Assembly (NCBI GenBank): GCA_010909165.1
Contig: MU008159.1
Span: 1,240,001 to 1,304,000 of the forward strand
Origin: Anthoceros angustus
Lineage: Eukaryota > Plantae > Anthocerotophyta
Length of the DNA stretch: 64,000 bases
Direction: 5' to 3'
Positions 25,128 through 38,300 of the stretch are shown here, piece by piece. Each line of letters opens with the position of its first letter. The first letter of the stretch is position 1. The notes under the pieces were generated by a model. It made no database searches. It was not told where the DNA came from and saw only the letters and a list, made by a program, of their open reading frames with translations. The position numbers and the translations under genes were made by a program.

Positions 25128-26215
25128 GCCAAGAGGAATGTGGAATCACGGGATCGAGGAGATGACATCCGAAGATTATGAAAAATCATGGATGGGTTCA
25201 TGGCGATGTGATGCGCAAAACCTTTGAGTGGTATTTATGCATGGTCCGGATCGGATGCGGGGCGTTGAATGCGGCTAGTAAATGGTGTGCCGTGAGGTGT
25301 GTATACCATGGTGTGGGAGAAAGATAATTTGATTGCGGATGAAGGTCTATATGAGAATTGCGAGTACTTTCTGAGGGTATGGTGTCCACCCTACGATCGA
25401 AGATATGAGGAAATCGGTCTGTACGTGATCGGCGATTGGAGCCATGCCGCTTTCATTAGACAGTCGTGAAGAAACTTGAATGTGTCAAGCGATGGACATG
25501 TTGTATGCCTTACGAGGAAATAGGGCTTATGGTTACGCTGACCTTTTCACGGAGAGAGGGTAATAGATGGGTGCTCGGGAGTGGCGGTATATTGGCAGCA
25601 TTATTGGAAGGCATAATTGCATCGCCATCGACCAAGAGCAAAGGAGCACCATTTTCATTGATCAGCGGATATGAGGGCATAAGGTTTTCCCTGATGAGGA
25701 AGAATTGACAACCAAACCACATAAGCGAGGGCATCCGGTTTTTGCAAAGGTTAAGCGGAAGGTCTATCAAGTCAGGCGTGGTTTCTTCATTTAACTCATG
25801 GCATAGCTCCCATCGATCTTGAGTTTGAGTCAATCCGGGGACCACGAGAAGAAAAGGAGAAAGCAACAACGAAGGAATCAAACACCAAAGAAGCGAGTCG
25901 AGAGCAAGAAACAATGGTGAAAGATCCCACAGGACATTCGGCATTCTGACGTTCGGCATGGGCGGATCTATAGGGGCAAACCGAACAGATCAAATTCTCG
26001 CAGTCGACGATCCTCGCCTACAGTCTATCAACGATGACATTATTGTCCCGAGATCAGAAACACAAACGTTTGAGGAGTTGCCTGATTGAGAATGTGAGCA
26101 TAAATTAGGGTTTGGCAGGTAGAGGCAGGGCGCGCACAAGTTTGCGCACGAAATGTAATATTTTTTCCGATATACACAAGTCCACAAGGTGGACTACGGT
26201 TTCATGCTGTCATTA
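25118..26215 (+). pseudogene. Beta-class DNA methyltransferase, N-terminally truncated copy
   Basis: Homologous to 17251-18807 without the internal duplication. Reads VDLPRG, VWEKDN, ENCEYFL and VIDGCSGSGGILAALLEG-NCIAIDQ. Confidence 0.75.
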
Positions 26216-26279
26216 TTGCTGTGCATTTCAATAACACATATTATGTGAAAGCAACTGCTTCTTCGTTATAGGGAAAACA

Positions 26280-28840
26280 CTAGGGTTTGCTACAGAATAG
26301 CCGATTTGTGTTCGGATTTTGCATGGTGGAAAAAGGGGTCCATTCTCAGACATGTGCAAGAAGGGGTTACTGGAGAAACCCCTTTCTACCCAGACGCTAT
26401 TAGCGGCATTGTTGTGACAAAAAATGTTTAGAGCGTGTTGGCCATTCCAAATTGAAGGTGATTCGTGTAGCATTCTTCCGCATGACAAAAGGAGGCGGAA
26501 CAAAGATTTGCAAGACCATCTGGATCTCGATCAAGACAAAGAGGAGCTGCCCATAGTATGGATAAACCGGATTCCACATGGGAAGAAAGCAGTGTGTGTG
26601 AGGGCTTCACGGGTTTTTGCATTGGGTCACTAAGATACAAGAATCTCGGTAGTGAAAAATGTTAGATGGACCGTAGGCTACGGCCTCGAAAGCAGCCAAC
26701 GCCATATGGATTACACGTCATGTGGATGGGCGTTTTCTTCAAAGGTCTGGAAAAGACCGAATCGGAAGTCTTCAACTTGCCGACTCATACACGAAGAGGA
26801 GATCTTCATTGAGTATGCTGTGCAGCAATGCATCACGTTCCCACGCTTGACTACTTTTGCAAGCTTTGGATGAAGTATTTCCGGGTTGTTAAAATACCAC
26901 GCAACGGTTTTCGATCTGCGGCATGCGATGACCTAAAGAGGAAAATAAAAGGCGGTCGGACCACGACAAGGTGAGATGGCGGTCCTTATTCCAGCGGTCA
27001 CCGGATGTCCCGAACTTTGGCGCAACCCCATGGCCTCATACCCTTTTCTTGCGAATGAAGGCGGGGCTTGAAACAAACCGTGTGCACATTGTCGACGCCT
27101 TATTGTTGCGTGCAGACAAGAATGTGGAGCGCTGACTCCACAGAACAACCGTATGAGCTGGCGAAAATGGCGCTGCACCGCACAAGTGCTTGGCGGCTAA
27201 GTTCATTGGTATTGCCATAGATGGTATGGACCAAAAAAGCGAGTTGCCCCATTACAGATTGCCAAAGACGGTTGATTCCGGAGCCCTTGTCGGGCTTCAC
27301 GTTCTAGGTGTGCTGGTGTTCAACTACTTGGTGCGCAGTGTATTTGAGTTTCGAATGTGAGAAATGATCCGAATGGAATCCGTGATTGACATGTTATCAA
27401 TACTGGGAGGCCTCTATTCTATACTTGCGGATGGACAACACTGCTCAAAACAAGAATCGGAGGTACTGGCATATCTGTCCATGCTTGTGGCGAAAGGTAT
27501 CTTCAAAAAAATCAAGGTGGGGTTTCTTCTTGTTGGCCATACCCACGATCGATTGACCAAATGTTTTCGAGGTTCTCGGTTGTGCTAGGGTTGAAGGATG
27601 CTTTCACATTGCCGAAATGATAGGGTTCTTTGGAGCGTACACCCCATCACCGCATTCACATCTTGAAGGAGGTGCGACTTCAAGACCTATCTATGGCCGA
27701 AGGGGATCGTGCAACGTATGACTTGCATAATCACGATTTTCAACACCAGTTCAAAATAACAAGGAGAAGTCGCTATCGAGAGGACGGATGTGCTAAGATG
27801 CAAGGAGTTTTCAAGTTCGATCATGGTCACCGGAGGGTGGTGCGCTATTACGCTCAGGTGCCACCACGGGTGATTGTGGCACTCCATTGTTGCCGTTGGT
27901 CCCATCACATGCCCAAGGTAAAGGAAAGGGACATGCAAAAGCGGAAGGATGCCCCGATGTCCGTGTCAATGACGATAGTCTCCAAGGCGGGCGTAGTGGT
28001 AGTGTAGTGGCGGAGTCCATGAAGTAAAAGCGGGCCTAGAACGCACTGCGACATATGAATGTGGAGCAACTATCATGGTGGGATACGCTCGGGATGAACA
28101 GTAGCAATAGCCGAGAGAGACTTGCATCATTCCATTCCGTTGGAGACAATGGTCTTGGTACACTCGCGATGAAGAAAACGAGGTACCACAGACCCTCCAG
28201 ACTCAACTTTGGTTGATCCGCAATGGCAGACGGATTTTTGGACATGGTGGAGGTGTACAGGGGCACATCAGTGCGGAGGGAGGGCAAGGCGAGGCTCAGT
28301 CGAGGTTGTGTGAAGGAGATTGAGGAGGGAATGATGGTTGCTGATCCAAAGTGGTGGAGGTGGACCATGATGGGATAGTTCATTGGTGGCGGATGAGAAC
28401 AATGATGCATTCGAGGGAAGGTACATGGAGGAGTTTGTGATCTGCGCCACCAGTCGAGGGAAAAAGTGCGGCGATCAAAGAATGGAGGCAGAGCGTCGGA
28501 GAAGCATTTGCAAAGCCTCAACTTCCAGAGACAAATGTGCTGGCCTATGATTTCGCGCTGACAAGGAACAAGACGTTGCAGAGGACGACAATGAAGCGAT
28601 AAAGACCAAAGTCTTTGAGTTGCGTCGAGCCGATGAACCGGCGAGACTTCCGCCACCGACACGAATGTCATGCGAAGACATGATTGACTCGGAAGACCTC
28701 GACAATGTGGAATCAACGGATGAGTCCACGACGTGGTGGTGGACCATGGATGGTCCGGACTGGAGAGGAGCCGACAAGAGGCAACCTAATATTGTCAACT
28801 TTCCAGTTCCTTGTACCAGGGCGTCCCCTCGGGCTTGAAT
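26280..28840 (+). mobile_element. DUF7869-type (Sola-like) transposase, copy B, frameshifted
   Basis: Motifs in order: HCCDKKCLERVG; GKKAVCVRA; YFCKLWMKYFRVVKIPR..FSIC; IAIDGMDQKK; EVLAYLSMLVAKGIFKKIKVGFLLVGHTHD-IDQMFS (~27460-27570); VHWW..ENNDAFEG; DFALTRNKTL..IKTKVFEL. Confidence 0.8.
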
Positions 28841-30077
28841 GCAGTGGATTGTTTTCGTCTTTTCGTGGAAAGGTTTAACAGCTTGCCATCGGCATCATCT
28901 CTGTTTGTAGGAAGTTGACGGTGTGATAATGTCCGGAGCATGTAAACGGCGACTATGTCAGAAACCAGATCCCAGCAATGTGGTGCTCTAATTTTGTAAC
29001 AATGTTCTGGTGGTTTTGTCCAGTTGAGAGTAGCAGGCTGCGAGGTTTCAATGGTGACCATGCAGGTCATCTATGTTCTGAGCTTGCAGTGTGGCGAAGT
29101 GTCCCCAAAGGATGGTCACAGTCACAGGATGTCCGGTGGCAAAGGTATGTATGCCGCAAAGCAAGTGCGCCAATGTTTTTTTTTCGGTTCTAGTTCTGGG
29201 GACCGCCCCTAATGACTATGGGGGTGGAACGGGACGGGGTCCCGGTGGCAGTTGCGAACGGACGCACAGCGAAACTGAGTACCAAGACGGGCTCAAAAGC
29301 GTCTTCCTCCACTGCTTCCACCGCCACAGAGGTTGTCTTCCACCTCCTTTGTGGTTTGTGCACGCGCTCATCCCTCCTCCTCGGAGAGCCGTCCTCACGC
29401 CATGCTCCTCCACCTCCTTCCAGCCTCATGTCCGGGTTTTGCCTGCTTTGTTGTTCGCCTCCTCCTTACGTCCCATCCATCCAACCTTCCTTGAACTAAC
29501 CTTCACTGCTTGCAGCCCTTCCGGATGAGGACTCGCAGAGGTGGCTACGAGTCACCACCTCGTATCACAAGGGAGGATGTGGAGGCAAAGCGAGCCAAGG
29601 CGGAGAAGGATGGAAGTTGCCCATCCAGACTTGTGTGGAGGCCATTTGGGTCTCCATGTGCGCAAGGGGAAAGAGATGGTATGGCCATCTCCTTCCATGC
29701 GAGGGTGGCGGTGGCATCGTAGATTTTCCGATGCCGCAGAGGTAGGAAAAGCCAAGGGGCTGGAAGAGGACTATAGGATAGCGAAGGAGGGGTTCACGGA
29801 GGCGAAACAAGGGGTGCAGAACTCCAAAGATGTCGCAGAGGAAGGAGGGTGAAGGAAGAGCCGAGGACTGTCCGGTCCCAAAGAATTGTTTAGAGCTTCC
29901 GTGACCTTGCATGCCGTGAGTCCATGCAACACTTACGCGAATGAAGGTTGCCGCAGAGGAGGCCGTGCGCCGGGAGGCGGGTGGAAGTGAAGGAGGAGGC
30001 GTAAGCACTTACCTCTACCTTTTCGCTTGAGAGTTGAGCATGGTTGCATGCACTAACGGGCTGTTCATTGTGGCAGA

Positions 30078-31070
30078 CAGTGATGGGGACACCCTTGGCA
30101 AACCGGAGGAGCACTTGGAGATAGGAGCGTGAAGTGGGTTACCTAGGTTTTTGCAAGCGATCTAGACTAGAAGCGGGAGGAAGGAGGGAGGGAGGGAGAG
30201 GGGGTTGGAGGAGGGGGTTGGATGCTAGCTTTCTCGTGGCTTCACCGGGTCGAGTTGGGGACGCAATCACATGATTTTGTGTATGTCAAGTTTTAGCGTC
30301 GATGTGCAAGCCATGGTCCAAGTGTGAAGTGAAACGGGGTTTGAGTTTGGGGAATGCCGATTCGGAATGTTTTGTCCGTCACGGACAGCCGGCTATGAGC
30401 CAACCAATGGTCACATGGCATGGACTGGAGGCGGTTACATGTGAACTACACCATATCGGTTTTCCAATACTTTATTAGAGAAATGTATTCATCAGCATAT
30501 ACTTTGTACCTTGGGGATGTATATTTGAATAATATTATTCCATGTATTTTACATGAATAACCCTAAGGCCCACAAAGGAGCAGTGATGGGGACACCCTTG
30601 GCGGAGGAGCACTTGGAGATAGGGCGTGAAGTGGGTTACCTAGGTTTTTGCAAGCGATCAGACTAGAAGCGGGGCGGGAGGAAGGGGAAGGAGGGAGAGG
30701 GGGTTGGATGCTTGTTCTCTTTCTCGTGGCTTCAGGGTCGAGTTGGGGACGCAATCACATGATTTTGTGTATGTCAAGTTTTAGCGTCGATGTGCAAGCC
30801 ATGATGCGCGCGTGTGAAGCGGAACGGGGTTTGAGTTTGGGGAATGCCGATTCGGAATGTTTTGTCCGTCACGGACAGGTGGCTATGAGCCAAGTCAATG
30901 TCACATGGCATGGACTAGAGGCGGTTACATGTGAACTACACCATATCGGTTTTCCAATACTTTATTAGCGAAATGTATTCATCAGCATATACTTTGTACC
31001 TTGGGGATGTATATTTGAATAATATTATTCCATGTATTTTACATGAATAACCCTAAGGCCCACAAAGGAG
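30078..31070. repeat. Tandem direct repeat, 2 x ~500 bp
   Basis: Units are 30078-30580 and 30581-31070; both run cagtgatggggacaccc...ccctaaggcccacaaaggag and are near-identical. Confidence 0.95.
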
Positions 31071-31469
31071 CCGCTAGTGATGCATTCTCATCAATTGTGT
31101 AACATGACGGTCTACACTTTTCCATATGCCGGTTTGTAAAGGTAGCTTTGGTCGTAATGTATCCCAAAAGTGACGATTGAAATAAAGCCTAAATAAATGT
31201 TCTAGTCTCGCACGCCATAAATTTATAAGGATCTCTACTTTTCTCCCGAATGCCTCTTTTGTTTAACCATGAGACATCGAGGTGTGGAAATATTGCCAAT
31301 AAATTTCAAGTTTGATGAAGTGGAATGGGTTTGGGTGTCTGCGTTGTATTTTTAGCAGCCGTTTCCGACAAACCCTCAAAATCAACGTTTCAAGTTTACT
31401 TAAGCGCAAATTTTGATGACAAATTTGGCCCGTCTACTGAAAGTGGAGTGTGTCACTAGCCCTAAGGAG

Positions 31470-32304
31470 ACCTTGTTTTATCTCAGACAGAATACATTAA
31501 CAGGGTGCTTCAACGTTTCAACATGGAGAAGGGGAAACCATTGGGTACTCCATTGCCTCCATATGTGAAACTTTCAAGCGCGGATTGCCCAAGCTCGAGG
31601 AGGACAAAATGAAATGGAGAAGGTCCCATACTCATCGGTAGGGAGTTTGATGTATGCAATGATTGCTACACGTCGACATTGCCTTTGCGGTGGGAGTGGT
31701 TAGCGTTTATGTCAAACCACGGCAAGAAGCATTGGGAGGCGATAAAAGGAGTTATGAGGTATCGAATGGTACAAAAGCTTTGTGCATATGTTTTGGTAGT
31801 GAAGATGCATGTGTGGTTGGGTACAGATCTGATTATCACGAGGATATGGACAAAAGGAGGTCCACATCGAGTTATGTCTTCATGTGCACCGGAGGCGATC
31901 TCATGGCGATCTCGTTTGCGATCGTGCATTACGCTATCTACCACAGGCCGGTATGTTGCGACGCGGGGCTTGCAAGGAAGCCATATGGCTTGCTCGTTTA
32001 GTGGGAGACTTGGGGATCAAGGTTGAGTGCCGGTGTTGCATTGTGATAGCAGTGCTATCCAATTGGCAAACAATCCGTGTTTCATGCGAAGACTAAACAT
32101 GTGGATGTGAAGTATCACTTCATTCGAGGCGTTGGACGACAAGAGGGTACAACTTGTCAAGGTTCACACCAAAACCCTGAGATATTCTTACCAAGGGACT
32201 CTCTACGGAGCAATTTGCACAAGCTCGGACACTGATGGGCATGAGGTAGTCCATTCTTCTACGAAGGTAAATTGGCCTTTAAGTGGGAGGTTGTAAGGGT
32301 ATTA
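31470..32304 (+). mobile_element. Ty1/copia fragment (RT C-terminus and RNase H), PPT and first 13 bp of its 3' LTR
   Basis: VPYSS..GSLMYAM, HWEAIKGVMRY, DKRRSTS, AISWRS, KEAIWL, TKHVDVKYHFIR, DILTK, stop at ~32249. PPT ttaagtgggagg, then TGTAAGGG. The LTR resumes after 39268. Confidence 0.9.
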
Positions 32305-35300
32305 TGTTAGAATAAATACGCATACGTACATATTGGTTAACCTACACTCGCTTAGGTTATTGTTTATAAACCGTATGTGATCATTGGACATTTAACCGTT
32401 CGTGATTAGGTTTAGATATAAAAGACATATGAGACCCTTTTGTTAATCAATTCAATCATTTTTGTTCGCTCTCGCCGTCTCCGTTCTATCCGAGCGTTTA
32501 CATGTATCGAGCCCATGCTCGCATCGACAACTTCCATGCAAAATGCCTAGGCGGGGGCGTCTGCTAGGAATGCACGTAATCTAGGCACAAACAGGAGAGA
32601 TCGTCGTGGACGACAAGTCTCCAATTCCTTTGTACCACGGATCTAGACCTATCTGAGCGAAACTACCCAAATTTGCCTTAGACGCGTTTGCGAAACCCAT
32701 TCTAGTGGGAGATTAAGAGATCAAAGTGCACATAAAAATCCAATCACGGATAGATTATATAAAGCACGTTGTCAACAAAGGGGAGAATCATAATCACGCC
32801 ACGAAGCACGTGAATTGCCCCGTCTCTCTTCCAAACTAGAACCACAGACAACACGGCGTGATCAGCAAATAGATAGAAATTCAATTCCACAAACTAGCCA
32901 AGGCACTGCTGACAGGACCTTGGCCACCGTGACTCGTGTGGAGAGGACTCACGCTTTGTCAAACCAGAAGTCTTGAAGACCGAGTTGACGATCCGAAGAT
33001 GTAACCACAATGACCGATCAAATCCCTTGGATTTTCGAAGCGAAGCTACAAATAATCAAGAATCTTGTGGCTTCTATCACACAACAATTGTGTGATCTGC
33101 ACATTGCAACACGAGGGAACATTGTGCAAACCCAAGACGAGGGAGAATTCAGCCTACCAATGTCTCCTCGGTGATGGCTCAAACCGAAATTTCACAGACA
33201 ACACAAAGTGGAGCGCCGCACCAAAGACCGGAGGCCATCAGGATCTGAATCGCTGCAAGCAGATTGGTGCCCCTTCACAGCATTGTGTCCCTTGCACGTT
33301 GATAGGTTCTTTAGAAGAGTTGCACCTGTCCAGCAGACCGGGACATGACAGTTAGGTCAAGAAATGAAACTTCATTACTTTCCTTTCTCTAAACTAACCT
33401 GCATAACGTTTGGCCAAGTGTTAGAGTAAACCAGGAAGACTTTGATGAGGAGGTTAGCAAGAGAAGGCTAGGATAAGTCTCTATCCTCTCCTCCTCCTGC
33501 TACCCCCAAAGAAATCATCCCTGCACTCTTGGTCAGTTTGATATCAAAACGTGATGCATGAGCTAACATGAATGTTGCAGGACATTTAGGTATACCAGAA
33601 TCATCTTTTAGCCGTGTGTTCTACATCTGCATGTCCACGGCACAAATCGATGCACTAGCTCAACAATTTGGTCAGTTTAACATCAGACCCAAGCCAAAGC
33701 CGAATCCCAAACCCATAAAACACCGTCCAACCTTTACCGAGCTAAAGGAGAAAGACCGCTTTAATGGGAACCGATATCCCTGCTTTGGCGCCGCATCAAG
33801 ACCATCTGCTGGCGAGGTGGAACATTGTGGATAGAACTTACGCAAACTGCATTCGCCGCTAATCGGAGTAAACAAGCCGGCGGTGATGACATTGCTGGGA
33901 CTGACAAAGATTGCTTGTTTCCTAATCAATGGCACGGACGTGGACCTTGTGCGGATGTCGAACATCTACGATGTCACGGCGCGATCACCGAGAGGACATA
34001 CAAAAGTCAAAACATGATGAGTCTCTGTGCCATACAGACAGAGCTGTACACATTGAAGATGAGGGAGGGAGACAAGATCTCGGCACATACAAGCCGATTT
34101 CGTCAACTACGAGCACAAATTACCTCGCTGACTGGCGAAAAGATACCTGAGTCACAGGCTGTGGCAAGGTTACTTTCTAGCCTGCCCCCATCTTATCAAG
34201 CTTTCGTCACAACACAGAATGGACCTGTCAAACCTAGTGGAGCTGCTGGAGGTTCTGAAAGCACAATCACATGTGAAGATGTGATTGGTGCTTTGTACCA
34301 AGAGGAGGCCCCGTTTGAATTCGCTAGTGTACCTAGGAACAAAGCGTAAAAGGTGTTAGCTACAGCTTCGACCTAACAAAACAAGTCCAAGGCAACACGA
34401 CCTCCAAAGAAGTGGCAAACCCGATGGGTCGTCATCCTCCAAGAGACCAGGGAATTGTAACTGGTGCGGAATTGCTGGTCATTGGGCCCGAGAGTGTAAG
34501 AAGAAGAAATTCGGTGAACCTCAACGTGCTACTAAGAGCACTGCGAATGTCACCATTAAAGACAGACAATCAGGTGACACCAAACCACCGGTGAAGATCC
34601 TCACTGTATGTCTTGCCCGTTCTGCACAAAAGGAGGGGAGCTGGTATCTTGATTCCGGCGCAACCTCACACATATGCAAGGACAAAAATCAGTTCTTCAC
34701 TCTCGATTCACGCCAGTCCACATCAAAAGTGCTTCTGGGTGACGAACAAAACAAGACCAGTTTGCAAATACAAGGACAAGGTATCTGCAAGTTCAGTCTT
34801 CATGATGGATCAATTCTGACCCTACAGGATGTGCTGTATGTGCCATCAATGGCAAAGAACCTCCTGTCCCTTAGCAAACTAATGCAGCAGAGGACCTACC
34901 ACATGAAGGCTGCAGATGACACATGCCAGTTTTACAGAAATACTGACCCATCCTTGTACGTCTTCAGAGGCATTCTGGAAAATGATCTGTACAGGCTGGA
35001 CATTTTCACACATAAGCAGGTAGCGGGTTTAGCATCCACAGATACACAAAAATTAGCAGTCCTGTGGCATGCTCGCCTCTGTCACGTGCACCAGCACAAG
35101 TTGGTAGATATGTCTCTACAGGAATGTCATAAGGAACCTTTACCTCGATGTTTTAAGGACCTCCCTTCCTGTGAGGCTTGCATCATAGCCAAGCAGCATC
35201 CATTTCCACACCTGGCGTCATACAGAGCAAAGGCTGTCCTCGAACTTGTGCACGCAGATATCTCAGGGAAAATCAAGTACCCTCACTGGGCGGTGCTTTG

Positions 35301-38300
35301 TATTACCTAAGTATCACGGATGATTACTCACGGTATACCTGGACGTACCCTTTACAACTCAAGAGTGATACCTTCGTCACATTCTAGGATCGGGTTTAAA
35401 TCGACTGACAGAAATTCGAGGCGACCATAATGGCTGTAATTCTTGAATACAGCCTTTGACGCATTCTTACATGAACATGGTGTACAGAGGCAGTTGACTG
35501 TTCCATACACGCCACAGCAGAATGGTGTGGCCGAACGCAAGAACCAAACCCTCTTATCCATGACACGTAGCATGCTTCTCTGGGCTGGATTACCTCAAAA
35601 CTTCGCCGAGGCTATTGTTGTCTATGTATATGTACAGCCGCTTACCGTCCTGAAGACACCTTTTGAAGCCATGTGGAACAGAAAACCAAGCTTGCTGCAC
35701 TTACGGGTCTTCGGATCCCGTGCTTTTGCACTTATACCTGAAGAGAAGAGGCGAAAGTTAGACCCTCGTGCTCAAGCCCTCATCTTTGTTGGTTATAGTG
35801 AAACTTCCAAGGCATACAAGTTGTACAATCCTACCTCACAGACATACATTACGGCGGTCATCACCTTCATTGAGCCTACACGCCCGCTACCTGTGATTTC
35901 CCATTTGGACTCGAGGAGTCAGCCGAGGGAGAAAATCTGGAAGAAGAAACATCTGAATTTGACTTCCCAGACGACGCAGGCCCTAACCCAGAGCAAGTGA
36001 TACCGGCCCAAACCACGATCCTGTCCATCCATCCATCCACATGAGCAGACCACCGTGCACAAGGCGATGTAGACGATGTTGTAAACGTTCCTGGCAATGA
36101 TGACAACTTTCACGATCGAATTTGTGAAGATGCGTGTCGATGATCCGTGAGGCTTACCTGATGCTCTTGATGTGCTGGATGCTGGACCAGAAATTGAGGA
36201 AGAACCCCTACCGCGACTGTAGGATGACCCTCCTCCAAGACGTTCCAGTGTGCCACCTCCTGAAGAATGGAAAGAGCCTAGATACACCATCGATTTCCGC
36301 ATCTTATCAAGCTATACATGCCGCATCAACCACAATTGACTTGGAACCTAAATCGCTAAAAGAGGCTTTTTCAAGCCCTGAAAAAGACAAATGGAAATTT
36401 GCGGTTGATGACGAGTTCAATAGCCTCGTCAAAAACCATACCTGGAAATTGGTGGACTTGCCGCCTGGCAGGAAACCCATCTCTTGTAAGTGGGTATTCA
36501 AATTAAAGTTGAATGACAAAGGTGAGATAGCCAGATACAAGGCGAGACTTGTCGCCAGGTTCTAGGTTATGTTCTGCAGCTAAAGCTAGAATCATTCTGA
36601 TTGATTGTGATCTCACGTCAGGAGAGAAGGTTTCTTGGTTAGTCTAATCCCTCCTTCTATTCCTCGCGTTGCTATGCATGCCAAGTCATATCACAGGGCA
36701 AAGATGGGAAGTAAATCCTAGAGTTGGACGGACCTATTTAAGACACCACGCAAGTGAGAACTTGTTAAGTCCAGATTTAAATTCACCACGGTACACGAAA
36801 GTGCTAGGTTGTGCTATCAAGATATACCAACGTGCAACATTTAGTACAAGCAACTTTTTGGACAAATTATGTCCGGTTATTACAAGAAGTATGGTAATGT
36901 GGGTATTGCTGTGGAGTTGATTGTGCCTTGTGTGTTGCATACATACGTATCAAACTTCATACACAATATTGTGGGAATTTTTTAGCAAGCATCGGGGTTT
37001 ATGACTCCCCTAAAAACTACAATAATGCGATAGGATTGTATCAAATGGACGTGTGCACGGCATACCTCTATGGAGCACTAGACGAGGACCTCTATATGGC
37101 ACAGCCTGAGGGCTATGAAGATAAAAATCATCCCAAGAAGGTGTGCAAACTGTTGAAGACCATCTATGGTCTGAAGCAAAGTGGCCGAGTCTGGTACTTG
37201 AACATCCACGTTTACCTCCTTAGCAGATCATTCAAGCAGAGTGTAGCCGACAGCAATGTTTACAGGCTCACAAGAGGTAAGGAATATGTGGTGCTCGCCC
37301 TCTACGTCGATGACGTGATCCTAGCTGCCAGCAGCACACAACTGTTAGAAGAAGTGAAATCCATGTTGAGCAGCAAATACGAAATGAAGGATATAGGAGA
37401 ACTGAAATTTTGCCTAGGTATCCAGCTACTTCGTGTGAGATCTGAGGGACTTCTAATGATACACCAGTACCAGTACATCCAGGATATCTTGACCAAGTTC
37501 AAGCTAGACCAAGCACGACCAGCAACTACACCCTCAGCCATGGGAGTTAAACTCACAAGCCTGCAATGTCCACAATATGAGGCAGAGAAAAGGGAAATGG
37601 CAGATGTGCCCTACAGACATGCGATAGGAAGCCTTATCTTTGTAGGTAACTGGACTCGTCCAGATATTCAGTACTCTGTGAGCACACTCTCCCAATTCCT
37701 AGAAAACCCTGGTCGCGCGCATTGGGTAGCTGCCAAAAGAGTGTTCCGTTACCTTAAGGGCACCCAATGTTATGGACTATGCTATAAATGCAGTGGACAA
37801 GAACAGCTTACCTTAAAGGGATTCACTGATGCCGATTGGGCATTCGATAGTGATAGCAGGAAAAGCCTTTCGACATACTGTTTCCTTCTTGCGAATGCAG
37901 CCATCAATTGGAGTTGTAAAAAGCAAGCCTCTATCGCCCTCTCGTCCACAGAAGCAGAATACAAGAGCTTGACTGATGCATCAAAAGAGGCAGAGTGGGA
38001 AAGGACTTTCCTTGCAGACTTGGGCCAGCAGCAGATGAGGCCAACTCCTCTTTTGTGTGATAATATGTCTGCCCTGGCTCTTGTTGCAAACCCTAGGTTC
38101 CACGCCCGAACTAAACACATAGAGATACAGCACCATTATATCAGAAATGTGGTGGAGCGTGCTGTTGTGAAAGTCGATTATGTTCACACAGATGAGAACA
38201 CAGCAGATGTGTTGACCAAGGCCCTGCCCAAATCGAGACATTATCAGCATATGGAGGGACTTGGACTCTGCGACCTGACAGGTTACATGTTCAAGGACGC

